Part shown: positions 26,301-38,393 of the stretch, piece after piece
Numbering within the stretch: the first letter of the stretch is position 1
How the letters are laid out: each line of letters starts with the position of its first letter
From: Eledone cirrhosa
Lineage: Eukaryota
Length of the DNA: 64,000 bases
Reading direction: 5' to 3'
NCBI GenBank assembly: GCA_964016885.1
Contig: OZ024747.1
Span: forward strand, 26,908,001 to 26,972,000
Notes under the pieces: model-generated
Seen by the model: the letters and a program-made list of their open reading frames with translations, nothing else
What the model was told of the DNA's origin: nothing
Database searches by the model: none
Program-made: the position numbers and the translations under genes

Positions 26301-29224
26301 TCAGCTGTAGAAGCCAGGCATGGTCACCTGACCTAGCATTACCCACAACAGGACAACTCGTCTAACCTATTCTAGTGTGGAAGAATGGACGTAAAACGGT
26401 GGTGATGATGATATACAATAATTGCAATTAGTAAAAAAAAAAACTTACGTTTTACGGTGACCACCAAGTTGAGACCAAATTTCCAGAACTATTCCATGGA
26501 AATGTTGATTCTAAATGAAAATAAAATAGGGATTCTATAATTTTGCTACAGGAGCAACATAAATATATACAATAGGAGAGACAGATAGAGACAAAGTATT
26601 TTGGGTTGTAGTAGTATGTACACAAATGACAAAGTTAATAATGGAGCCTCTACAACCTGCTAAAAATAGCAGATATACAAATAGATAGGATGATCACGTT
26701 GGCTGGAAGACAACAACAACAACAAACAGAACATACCTTGATAAACTTTAATATAGTCTCAACACAGTCTTCAATTTCATCTTCACTGGAGAATAAGTGG
26801 AGATAATCCTCTCCTGTCCAACCATCAAACAACATTCGAGGAACTGTCATATATATATAATGAAAATAGTTAGTACAGTACAGTCAGTGAACTGTGGAAG
26901 ATATAATGGAACTAATTAGAACAGTACTGTCAGTCATCTCACAACATTTGCTACTAGCAGGGAAAACAGATATTAAATGATGATGATGATGATGATGATA
27001 AAATATGGTAGAGTACAGTTATCACACATCAGCATGTACAATGAGGAGTGTAGAGAATGGAATGAAGAGTGTGGACTGTACAGTATAAAGTGTATAGTGT
27101 GGACTGTACAGTGTGCAGTATGGAGTGTAGCAATATTGTAGTAGACTCATGTATGACATATCAAGGCAGCTAGAAATATGGAGTGTTCACTCAGACACAT
27201 GTATGACATGTCAAGGTTGCCAGATATATGGAGTGTTCACTCAGACTCATGTATGACATATGGAGTGTTCACTCATCACCTTGACAGATACTCATCAGGG
27301 ACATTTCACAACAACAATGCAACAATTAAAGAATTCTTGGGGAAATATCACTCACAAATTTTGGTATTGCGACCTTTAGTGACCTCTTCTATCCAATCTG
27401 TAAAAGAAAATGAATTTTAAATAAATAAAATCAAAAAACAAAAAATGCATAATAAATTTAGTGGGGTGTTAAAAGGACTAATTGCAAAACACATGACCTC
27501 TTTTCATTTTGAAACTGTTTTATTGAAACCTTGTAATAACCCCACACATAAGTGTTTTAAGGCCATTTAAAGCTGGGGTTAGCCTTGCAAACCCTGTGAC
27601 AGATTTACCATGAAGTCTTTTTTGAGACAATGTTTTACATCTAGGCACCCTTCCTGGCACCTACTATTCTAGTCAACTTTTATGACACAGTGTACCTATT
27701 CTAAACTGGATACACAGCCAGGTTCATAATAATATAAATGAGGCTGTTATACTTTTACTTTCTTTGTCATTTAAATTGAGGACAGAGATAGTCAGATGTG
27801 ATCATTTTGTATACACACATAATACAAACTTCCAACACCCCAATCACTAGGCCATGCTTTCAATTCCTGGATAGCACACTATGGCTTTGAGCAAAATACT
27901 TTATTTCATGTTACTCCAACCCACTTAGTTAGGGGCTAACACTGTAATGGACTAATGTTCAGTCCAGGGGTGAGTCTTGTATCTCAGTCAGAAAACACTT
28001 CAATTCATTTTTTACATCAGTTGTGAGGAACTCTTTTTCAATGCTGATTAGAGCCAGGTTTGTCAGTCTCTCTTGCGACATGGAAGACATCTCTGCACAC
28101 TACTGATTACATGACAATGTCAGAAATATATATAATTACTTCTATCAACATCGTGTTCTCCTTGGACAACATAGGCACCGCTTGGTCTTCTTTTCACTTG
28201 TAACCATACTGGGGAGACGTAGGTAAACTTGTTTCCAAATTGTCTTGCTAGGTCGTAACCATGAGAATTCCACTGCAAACAATGCAACCAAAATTAATTC
28301 ATTTAATTTTACTGTAGGAAGAAATTTTTCATTTGCCTTGTTTAAACTTTTTAGGATATAAAATACCCTACTCTAAAGTGTTCGTGCTTAAATGAAAATC
28401 TAATTCATAATTTTATGTAAAATAATTAATATACTAATATAAATTTGTCTTTACTAAAGTTATGCTTGAAATACCACTGTAGTATATCAATATGCATATT
28501 TGTTTTTCCTTGAGTTATTGTACCAAACACCATTTTAATATACCAATATACATTTGTCTTTCGTTAAGTTATGTACCAAATACCATCTTAATATACCAAT
28601 ATATATTTTTGTCTTTACTAAAGTTATGTTCCAAATACAACCTTGATAATGGATATGCTAGCTATTTTACTAAATCCCTCTATATTTTTAGATTAATTGT
28701 AATACCTGCTCAGGTAAATGTTAAACAAGGAAACACTTCAAGTATGAGCAAGTATGAAGTGTAGTAAAGGTAAAGGTGACTAACCGGTGTAACATAGGCT
28801 AAAGTTTCTCCACGGAAGTTTTTCACTTCACGTCTTGTGTCACAGTAAATACCATGTTCTTTGATGATGTCTTTGGCTTTTACCTGTTCAGTGACAAGAC
28901 CTCGTTGGATGACGGTTTTGTCTGACAGTTTAGGCTGAAAGATGGAAGACATACACATAGGTGACAGGTGAGATTACACTGTATGATGGAATGACATCAC
29001 TTGTATGGTGAGAGAGACAGACAGACAGAGTTAGACATAGAGGGAGACATGCAGAGAAAAACCAAGAGAAAGAGGTAGACAAACAGAGAGCAGAACCCAA
29101 TTTCCCTAACACAATTTAGGCTGACCTAAAGCTGTGGTAAATGACCATGGAGTAGGATTGAATCCAGAGCCTCATGTTTGTGAAGTGAATATCTTTAGCT
29201 ATGCTGCATCCACAGGGGTGAATC

Positions 29225-29256
<32 letters not shown>

Positions 29257-29997
29257 GGGGTGTTGAGAGCATGAGGAGATGCAGAGTGGGTATAGAGATA
29301 TGTAAAATCCAAACTGTGCCGCCAAGCCGAAACCAGTTAGCATCGTGGTCGGGATTTTACACATCTGTCTGTCTCTCTCTCTATATATATATAATGATTA
29401 TGATTCATTCATTTCTAGAAAATTGAGAGTTGTTCAAGTGTAGGCCAAAATGTCTTGAGGTATTTGTTCTGGCACTAGATTCAAATCTCACTGAGGTCAA
29501 CTTAGCTTGTCATCCTTTTCGCGTGGATAAATAAAGTACCAGTCCAAGTAAGGGCAGTGGATTGGCAGGTTGTTTGAGTGACAGACAAGATGCCTTGTGA
29601 TATTCATTTCAGCCCTTTGCATTCTGAATTCATATCCCAGTTTGGCCTATTTGGCTAATAGACTTAATCCATTGCACATTTTAACACCAACACTTGCCCC
29701 TTGGGTATCTTTAGTAGAGTCTACTCTGTTGCAAACATTCAAGCTAGGTCTTCAGTTTGAGGATGCCTTCCTCCTACCAGTCTTGAAGGCCATGAAAAGA
29801 ACCCATGGGTACTGCCCTTCCCTCCCTGATTAAACAGTACAGCCCAGCCCAAAGTTCAAATGTTACAATGATAATACTCTTACTTTGACTTCTTTTGGTT
29901 TCTTCTTCTTCTTATCACTCTGTGATAATGTTGCAAACACAGCAGCAGACATCAGGCATACTATGGTGACAACATAGAGAAGCAGAACATGCCTCAT
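20319..29997 (-). CDS. CHID1: Chitinase domain-containing protein 1 (GH18-like, SI-CLP), 390 aa
   Basis: Ten coding exons (-): 29997-29884, 28934-28785, 28272-28140, 27397-27356, 26843-26737, 26510-26449, 25889-25797, 22057-21962, 21399-21244, 20538-20319; 1173 nt with consistent phases. Hydrophobic N-terminus, [45 protein letters not shown] and C-terminal [18 protein letters not shown]. Confidence 0.96.
22342..25674. mobile_element. TTAA-flanked (piggyBac-type) MITE interrupted by a LINE
   Basis: TTAA-CCCTTTAGCATT at the left end and AACATTAAAGGG-TTAA at the right end; halves 22342-22375 and ~25500-25674 join to match the uninterrupted relative at 56910-57086. Confidence 0.8.
22376..25500 (+). 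mobile_element. CR1-group LINE, 5'-truncated ORF2 (APE endonuclease + RT), antisense in CHID1 intron 7
   Basis: LNARSL, VTETW, RKDR...GGGV, YRPP, GDFN, LDL, SDH (APE); [41 protein letters not shown] (RT). Two frameshifts (~22740, ~24145); 3'UTR with an internal duplication and ATT-rich tail. Confidence 0.93.
27140..27280. repeat. Short tandem repeat (~48-bp unit) in CHID1 intron
   Basis: ATATGGAGTGTTCACTCAGAC.CATGTATGACAT repeated about three times. Confidence 0.75.
28430..28680. repeat. ~53-bp AT-rich tandem repeat
   Basis: ATTTGTCTTTACTAAAGTTATG..CCAAATACCA..TTAATATACCAATAT units, about four copies. Confidence 0.75.
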
Positions 29998-30169
29998 ACT
30001 GTCTCGCTGGAGATGGCACTGAAACAAACAAGTAGGAAACATAGCTTTATGGCATTAATACTACTATATTATAATAAACAGTAATATATTGTAATAAAGA
30101 GTAATCATCATCATCATCACTGTTTAAAGTATATTTTCCATGAATGCACGAGTTAGGTGGCTTGTCATA

Positions 30170-30770
30170 TTAGTTGACCATATCCTTATAGTAGGCTAGA
30201 TAAAACTACACAGGTGTGAGTTGTAACAACAACACAGAAGGACTTGGGCGCCTATTATCAAAACATTCAAGAAACCTCGTAGAATGCCAGTTAAACCTAC
30301 ATAGGTGTGAACTGTAACAACAAAAATATGATAGGACTGAAACCTCTTATGAGATATAACATTGTAGGAGGCCAGTTAAACCCATATTAGTATGAACTCT
30401 AACAACATGATAGGATTGGGGTCGTAAACTTCTTTTGATACAACCTAGTAGGAGGCCAGATAAACCTGCATGGGTGAGCTGTAACAACCTGGTAGGACTA
30501 GGGTCTCTATCATTAAAACACTCAATAATATTCCTAAAAGATGCAACCTAATGGGAGGCTAGCTAAACCTACATAGGTATGAACTGTAACAAGGTAGGAA
30601 TGGGGTCCATATGTTAAACACCCAAGAAACCTCCAATGAGATGCAATGTTGTAGGAGGCCAGCTAAACCTATATAGGTATGAACTATAACATGATAGGGC
30701 TGGAGTCGCTATCATTAAAACACCGAAGAAACCTCCCATGAAAAGTAACGTTGTAGGAGACCAGCTAAAC
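30170..30770. repeat. Degenerate minisatellite (~70-90-bp units)
   Basis: Recurrent GTAGGAGGCCAG.TAAACCTACATAGGT.TGAACTGTAACAA...TAGGA.TG. Confidence 0.8.
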
Positions 30771-31239
30771 TTACAAAACAAACCAACAAGTCACTTAAAC
30801 CGCTGAAAAAAATACTCAAATTTCTCTCTACCATCTTGAAAAGAATGCCACTGGATAATGTAGTTCTAGTTATGCTATCTGAATAAAAGAAGAGATATCC
30901 ATAAGAGGATGTTACAACATAGAACTTGGAAAGTAGTAGTGCTAGTGTCAAAATAAATGCACCCAGCTTGTTCTTTAAAGTGGTAGAGCTGGTGCTACAA
31001 TAAAAGCACTCAGTCTGCCTTGTTAGTTGTCAGTGGTGGTGACACAATATAACTCACTCGGTACATATCATTAAGAAGCAGGCATTAGTAAGGGCAACCA
31101 GGTGTAGTAACTATGCCAAAAATGTAACAATGAACAAGATACAATCATCTGACACAACTGACCTCAAAATTTGACAACCTCTTGAACCCACGCAGGCATG
31201 GAAAATAGTCTTAAAATGGTGACGATAATGATATATATA

Positions 31240-31590
31240 TCATCATCATCATCATCATCAACGTTTAACGTCCGTGTTCCACGCTTGCATGGCTTTGGAT
31301 GGGGGTATTCCCACTTGAGGCAAGAGTGATTGTCTTGCTCGCATAGGACTGTCTGGCAGGTTTTCTACAGTTGGATGCCCTTCCTAACACCAACCACATT
31401 TACAGTGTGGGTCTGGGAGGTTTTTACCGTGCTGCCTACACGGCCACATTACAGCGTGGACTGTGTGTTTTTTTGTCGTGACACCTACACGATCTCATTT
31501 GTTTCGGCCTGGATTGTGTGGCACCAACATAACTTTACATAGGAGGGGGTGGTGTGGATGGGGTGGGGGGGGGGGGGGGGGGTATTTTGT
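31240..31590 (-). mobile_element. RTE-tailed non-autonomous retroelement
   Basis: Reverse complement of the family at 46090-46435 and 53390-53680 (GGTTGGTGTTAGGAAGGGCATCCAGCCGTAGAAA ... AACCCATGCAAGCGTGGAA..GGACGTTAAACG(ATG)n); older relatives at ~1-270, 3700-3900 and 26250-26410. Confidence 0.8.
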
Positions 31591-31634
31591 TAGAGATGCC
31601 TACTGGCTGTAGTAGGTTTTACTATATATATATA

Positions 31635-31680
<46 letters not shown>

Positions 31681-31683
<3 letters not shown>

Positions 31684-32370
31684 CTGAGTTTTTTTAATAT
31701 TAATAATGACATTCGATTCGTTTGCAATTATGCAAACAAGCCTCAATTTTATAGCCATGTCAGTAGAATGAACCCTTCATTCTTGCTCTTGTGTTGGCAT
31801 GTGAACAGAACTGCAGACACTAATGTTTCTGGGTATCACTCTTCATCAGTACAGCTCACTTTTTACCTGCCAGACTGTCAGAGCTAGTGAAAATATATGC
31901 TATTTTCAAAAATACACAATGACTGATCGGCCTGATTTGCATATTAGCAGACTGGCTGATCAGTCAGTTCTGCATATTAGGGTGATACCCAGAAACATTA
32001 GTGTCTGCAGTTATGTTCACATGCCAACACAAGGTCAAGAATGAAGGGTTCATTCTACTGACATGGCTATAAAATTGAGGCTTGTTTGCATAATTGCAAA
32101 CGAATCGAATGTTATTATTAATTGGATTGGCAGTATCGGTAGAGGGTCGGACGCCATGCTTTCCAGCATAGTTACGTCCCTTTACGATCTGAGTTCAAAT
32201 CCCGCCGAGGTTGACTTTGCCTTTCATCCTTACGGGGTCGATAAAATAAAGTACCAGTAATGCACTGGTTAATTGCTGGCCTTGTGCCTAAAGTAGAAAC
32301 AATTATTAATATTTGAAAAACTCAGATTACATTTATTGTATTCAGTCATGTAGAACGAAAATTTTCTTTA
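31681..32370 (+). mobile_element. Fold-back element in (TA)n with hammerhead motif, family C; SINE inserted in right arm
   Basis: ~160-bp inverted arms 31681-31840 / 31979-32328; SINE 32123-32301 with 9-bp TSD ATTATTAAT (32114-32122, 32302-32310); short tail; (TA)n flanks. Confidence 0.85.
31808..31857 (-). ncRNA. Type I hammerhead ribozyme fold (intact core, GUC triplet)
   Basis: Minus strand GAGCUGUA-CUGAUGA-AGAGUGAUACCCA-GAAA-CA(uuag)UG-UC-UGCAGUUC; helix I 8 bp with G-U pairs. Helix II is weakened here but reads GGGU(gau)ACCC in the opposite arm. Confidence 0.72.
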
Positions 32371-32456
32371 TATATATGTATATATATATATATATATACA
32401 TTAAAAGAATGAAGAGTAACATGGTTGGCTGTACAACAAGGGGCTTTATTTCAGGT

Positions 32457-32555
32457 ATTAACAATTGTTTCATTGATCAAGTGAGTTTAGAGGCCGCTAA
32501 TCGCGCGTCACTCGATCTCCATTACATTATTTACCTCTGATCAAATCCTCAGAAT
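32457..32555 (-). ncRNA. Hammerhead-like fold with long helix II insert
   Basis: Minus strand AUU-CUGAGGA-UUUGAUCA...UGAUCAAU-GAAA-CAAUUG-UU-AAU; lies in a ~170-bp insert between TA-rich tracts; helix I only ~3 bp. Confidence 0.5.
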
Positions 32556-33774
32556 CGTGTGTTTTTATATATGTATAGTGAGTGAAGTATATGAGTATCG
32601 TAAAAAATTCAGGAAGATGGTAGGTGTTCACTTCATGACTATCTCCATGGCCCATCACTCATTACCGCACTTAGATCCCGGATGGCCAACCATGCCAGCA
32701 TAGAAAGAAAGAACCCCACACCACGTACCCATCAGACGTCACTATAAGGAGCCCTCTATATCTCAGCTTCCTTGGCAAGAAATATGTAGCCTCTCTGCCC
32801 ATCAATACCTTTCTAACCTTGCCAAGGATGTCACGTCACTCATTTTCTTTAAGGACAACATCCACCCCACCCTTTCCCATTGCAGGCCACCTCCCATTCT
32901 CACACCTATCCCTAACCTAGCGACATGTATCTTTCCCTCGCCAAGTTATCATTTTCCCCACTATCATCACTACCCTCTCAGTCTGGCAAAGGACGATAGT
33001 GAGCATCCTAGTTTTGATAAATGGTAGTGCAAAAAAAAAAAAAGCACCCGACCCATTCTGTAGAGTGAGTGTTGGTTGGTGTCACAATAAAAAGTATCCA
33101 GTCGACCATATTGTGTGGTTGTGACGGTGTCATGATACAGCACACCGTGAAGTGGTTGGCATTAGAAAGGGCATCCATCCGTGGAGGTCATGCCTGAATG
33201 GAACTTAAGAGCAAGACGTGGTAGTGTTGGTGCCACAGCAAAAAACACCCAGTCAATCCTGTTGGGTGGGCGTGCTGATTTGGAGTTTGAATTTGGCTAT
33301 TATAGCCAAATTCAATTCCCCAAACAACAAACTAGAACTTCAATCTGTGGACACAAATTGGTGAAAGCAAAAATTGTTTGCTTAAACCTTTAATTTGTTC
33401 AAATAATGATTCTTGATTTAGGCACAAGACCAACAATTTTGTGGGCGGGGAAAGTCGATAAACTCGACCTCAGTGCGTTACTGGTACTTTATTTTATCGA
33501 CCCCGTAAGGATTTATATTGCACACACACACATTGCATATGTATGTGTGTATGAGCGTCTATCTAAAGCAGATGTCATGTACGCCTTTAATAGCAATGCC
33601 ATCAATATAGGTTAGGTTGAATAATGTTGCTGTTGGGGTATATATATGTAATAGAAGACGATGATTATGAACAAGATAATAGATCAGTTATAACGTTGTA
33701 ACAAATTAGCCACATCGTTGAGATGAAAGCAACCGGTGAATGAATAAACATTTCCCGCCTTCTAAATATTCCCT

Positions 33775-33775
33775 T

Positions 33776-33821
<46 letters not shown>

Positions 33822-33923
33822 TACAGGAAAAGGAAAGGAACCGATAATACATTGGACCAAGGAAACAATGTTTCCATTGCTGATACTATCGGCGATCCTT
33901 GGTTTTTGTTTGTCTGTGTGTGA

Positions 33924-33961
<38 letters not shown>

Positions 33962-34012
33962 GTGTGTGTGTTTATATATATGTGTGTGTGTATATATATA
34001 TATATACACATA

Positions 34013-34081
<69 letters not shown>

Positions 34082-34120
34082 ATATATATATATGTATGCG
34101 TGTATATGTGTGTGTATTGA
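33775..34120. repeat. (TA)n/(TG)n compound microsatellite
   Basis: Direct inspection. Similar tracts at 6930-7010, 31620-31680, 44330-44690 and 47067-47425. Confidence 0.95.
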
Positions 34121-35085
34121 TAGATAGATATAATGTTAATGCAACATCTAGTTAACTTGCTATACCTTTTTTTTGCCTTATTATTTTCTTTTATTTAAAT
34201 AAAATTACGTACCTGTAAGTCTCTATTTAGTATTAAATCGTTTCCTCCTTTGTACGGTGAATTTATTAATAATAATAATGTTTGAGTTCGGCTAATCGCT
34301 GCTTCACATTTTCACGTTTCCCTCCTCCTCTTTCGAATTTCTTTCTCACTCATCCTTCCTCTCTATGATACATTTCCAATCTTTTCCTTTCCCCCCACTT
34401 TCTATCACACATGTAGTCTTCTTCCTCTCCTTCTCTCTATGCTGTTACACCCTTTTTTTCTCTCCCTCTGTATCATACTCATGCTTTTCTTTATCTCCTC
34501 CTCTCTATACACTTCTACTTATTTTTATCTCCCTTCCTCTTTCTGTCAAATGTTTATACTCTTCTTCCCCCTCTCTCTATGCAGTAAGACACTTCTGCCT
34601 CTCCTTCTCAGTACATAGTTACACTTTTTATATATATATCTCTCTCTGTTGTTATACTCTATTGTTGCTGTCACTCCTCACACCTCATTCTCATTATTGC
34701 GTCTTTTTCAACTCCATACCGATTACCGACGAAGATCTCCGTTACATTTCGGTAACCGCCGTTTAACTAGCAGTATGGTATTTACGGAAATGTACGGATA
34801 TACCTTATCGTCTGGAAATTCTTATTAAACCTTTCAATTTTTGCAAGAGATGCGTTTTATCTTAAATGTTCTGTCCAACCAAAATATTTTACTTTCATGC
34901 ATTTTCCATTGTAAATTGCTACACACGTATGGCAAAATTCTATAAGGAATTGAAAGTATAATCAGCCGATCCGATGTACCGGATGTTTTGATTAAACAAT
35001 TGTAATTAAAGAAAATAACAGCGAAAATGTGTAGTTAACTGCAATGTAAAACTCATTTACGGAAGAAATAAATAGCATGTAAATA

Positions 35086-35164
35086 CAGGGCGTCCCCCTA
35101 AAAATGTATACTCACTTTGATTACCTGTACAGGAAAAGGTGTATACTTTTTAGGGGACACTTTG
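35086..35164. mobile_element. 79-bp Tc1/mariner-type MITE
   Basis: TA-CAGGGCGTCCCCCTAAAAATGTATAC ... GTATACTTTTTAGGGGACACTTTG-TA. Confidence 0.7.
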
Positions 35165-36512
35165 TATATATTTAGCCCATTATCACACGGTGGCTACGGC
35201 TGGGTGTGAGTATAATTTGTGATGTTTGGGCTTCCTATATAGGATTAGATGCTGGGCATTACATCCATAAAATTGCAAACCATTCATATTTCGTAGACCC
35301 ACTTCCATAATGTCTAAAGGGCCCAAATTAGTTTCTTGATATCATAATACGCAAGGACCATGATTAAATTTTCAGCTTGGAGCCCCATGCAAGCTTAATC
35401 CATTCCCGAGTACACACTAAAAACGATTGAAGGGCGATAGGTGTGGGCATTAGACTGCAGCCATCATATTTTGGTGCATTACTACACCTGCTCCTGCAAT
35501 TCTTGCACTTAATTCATACCGCATCGTCCTTCGCATAGGACATTAATAAACGCGTTCAGCTTTGGGTAGAGGGGCCTGTTCGAAAAATATATTGCAGTGT
35601 CCCGATGGTCTTACGACCTGTCCTGAACGTGCATATCCCAGGACCCCAAAGAGAGCAAATCGTAACAATTGCCAATTGAATATAAAATTCGATCTGCATA
35701 TTACATCGCTGGAATCCTCTCTATTTGTCCTGGTGTTGGTGCATTCTAGAATAAACCAGTTGCGATATATATCTCATACCATGTATTTCCCCTTTAAAAA
35801 ACTTGATTTAATTTTACAATATCGAAAGAGCGTATTCATTTACGAAAGAACTAAAAACAGATTTGTGTCAACAGGGTTCTCTGAGGCGCATGCAGGCATG
35901 CAGATAGGTGGGATATTAAAGACCATTTGAAATATCAAAGGCACAAAGTGGGTTTTGTTGCTCGTTTGTTACGACTAGATACTTATTTTTAAGGCAGAAA
36001 TAATCGAATTGGAGTTTCCAGTTGTTGCTAAGGAAGCCACTTTCGCTTTTCATACTGTTTCTCATAACTTAAGTTTCAATATATACGACGTTTCGTCAAA
36101 GCTGATCTCAAAACCTTTTGAGTCAAAGTTTCGTCTCGTGCGGATATTTTCAATGTCATTACACCAATGGTTAAATCTAAGGTTGCTAATGACCTAGCAG
36201 AGGTAAATTTTGGAGTATTTCGAATTGGCATGAAAGTTGACCGGCAATTTTTTTTTTTTTCTACTATAAATTGCGCCATTTTTACAGGTACTAGGCCAGC
36301 ATATGCATTAAAGGAATCCTCAAACGCACTGGCCGAATCAATTTTTTTTCATAGACATTATCAATCAGGCAATAAAATAAACGGAACCTGATTGATCTGT
36401 ATATGTAAATTCTGAAAGAATTAAAAGAAAATTATTGTATTTGGTTTAAATAAAATTAATCAGGATAATAATACTTCATGCCTTTTATAAACGCATTTTT
36501 GTGAAAAATAAC

Positions 36513-36726
36513 TTAAGACGAAAGAACGCCCCCTTTCCCAGTTTATTAAAAACAACAACAAAAAATATAGTTTTAGATGTTTTGGTTTAACGAACCGAAG
36601 TATTGATCCTGAATTTTGCAAATGAAGCACGCTATATACTAATCAATTATTTATTTGTACTTAAAATAAATCAATAAATATTTTATTTACATATAAACGT
36701 TATTTATAGGCGTTCTTTCGTTTTAA
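36513..36726. mobile_element. Putative TTAA-flanked MITE
   Basis: TTAA-GACGAAAGAACGCC ... GGCGTTCTTTCGTT-TTAA inverted termini around ~180 bp of AT-rich interior. Confidence 0.55.
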
Positions 36727-37579
36727 GTAGACAGCAAACGTCGAAAATAAAATTAAGAAACATGCATGGCGGGACACCACTTCTCTTGTAGGGATTTTGT
36801 ATATGTAAATGCAAAATTTGTTATATTTGTAGAGGGTCATGTTCTAATATTGCCAGAAAAATAAAGTAAAACACTCACTGAATGATTTAGTAGAAAAAAT
36901 GTTTAATAATTGTTTCTACTTTAGGCACAAGGCCAGCAATTATCCAGTGCATTACTGGTACTTTATGTTATCGACCCTGTAAGGATGAAAGGCAAAGTCA
37001 ACCTCGGCGGGATTTGAACTCAGATCATGTTTAATAATGATTAAAGAAAACTTGTAACCGATTAAAATAAACGTAAAATGAAATTTTATTATAAAAAAAA
37101 AAAAAGAAGGTTAATTGGAAACGCCAATAACAAAACAAAATATAAGACGGAAGGTAATTGACCGATATAACACGAAAATACAATATATTTATTTGTTTAT
37201 GAAAAGATTTAAAGAATAAAAAAACAATTAAGGATTTCAAATTTTGAAATCAGCTAGATTTCACCATAGGCAAAAAAAATGGTTTAAGGAATTCAGTGAC
37301 GTTTCCACATTATTTTCTCGACGAAATGGACAATACCGAATTGGTATAGTTTCTCACATCTGTTAATGTTTTTACCCTGGCAACAATAACTACGGTAATA
37401 ACCATTACCACTGATTACAAATCTAGTTTTATAGAAGTAGATATAATCAAGCGGTTCTCCATTTGAGGTCCGCAAAGTTAGTACTGGGTGACCGTGAGCT
37501 ACACTCACAATTTCAAGTACTTTATTAAAAATATAGGTACGTACTATTGAGTATCCATTCAAGTATAAACATTTCTCTC

Positions 37580-38030
37580 TTTCAATTGTTATTTTCACTG
37601 TATAATAATTTCAGGAAGGAATAATTGTGCAAAAAAAGGTTGAGAACAACTGGTTTGAGAGATTAAATCGATATATATATTATCGACCAAGGAGGGTTAA
37701 GAGCTAAAATTTATTAAGGATGATTTGAACTGGTGTTCGATTTTAAGTTACATCTTCGAAATGTCGATAAGTTCAATAGTGAATTCACAAAAAAAAATTC
37801 TTTCAATTGTTATTTTCACTGTATAATAATCTCAGCAAGGAATAATTGTGGTGAGGGTCCGCAAAAAAGGTTTTTGGTAGTGAAAAGGTTGAGAACAACT
37901 GGTTTGAGGGATTAAACGATTTATATTATCGACCAAGGAGAGTTAAAAGCTAAGGATGATTTTGAACTGACGTTCGATTTTAAGTTTTATCTTCGAAATG
38001 TCGATAAGTTCAATAGTGAGTTCACAAAAA
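37580..38030. repeat. ~220-bp tandem duplication downstream of the VRK-like gene
   Basis: TTTCAATTGTTATTTTCACTGTATAATAAT...GATAAGTTCAATAGTGA.TTCACAAAAA present at ~37580-37795 and ~37800-38030. Confidence 0.85.
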
Positions 38031-38393
38031 TATGTAAAGTCAATTTTAGAAGGTGTAGTATAGAACAAGTGGTATTTGAACATAGACCGTATAGGTAAAT
38101 ATAGTAAAAAATTTAGTTCATGGCTCTACCGTTTGTGCCACACTACTGATTTCTAACATCATTGGAAAGTGTATAGTTAAGTAAATCCCCTCCCAGTATA
38201 TTACTGGCATTTTATTTTATAGAACAATGGAAGGCTGAGAGACGAAGTTGACTTCAACGGGATTTGAATTCAGAACGTAGAGGGACGGGCCTTACAAACA
38301 ACAAATAATAATCCATAAAAAATGTTTAGCCAACATGGCTAAGGTGATGCATCACCTTACTGTTAGGATAATGGTGAGATTACAGGTAATATT

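Noticed and set aside
33840-33905. Hammerhead-like remnant (CCAAGGA ... GAAA-CAUUG-UU-UCCUUGG on minus strand) between TA/TG tracts
   Set aside because: Helices I and III fit but no CUGANGA core is present; too decayed to call.
34718-34770. CCGACGAAGAT...ATTTCGGTAAC possible hammerhead
   Set aside because: Both core strands deviate (CCGACGA, no GAAA).
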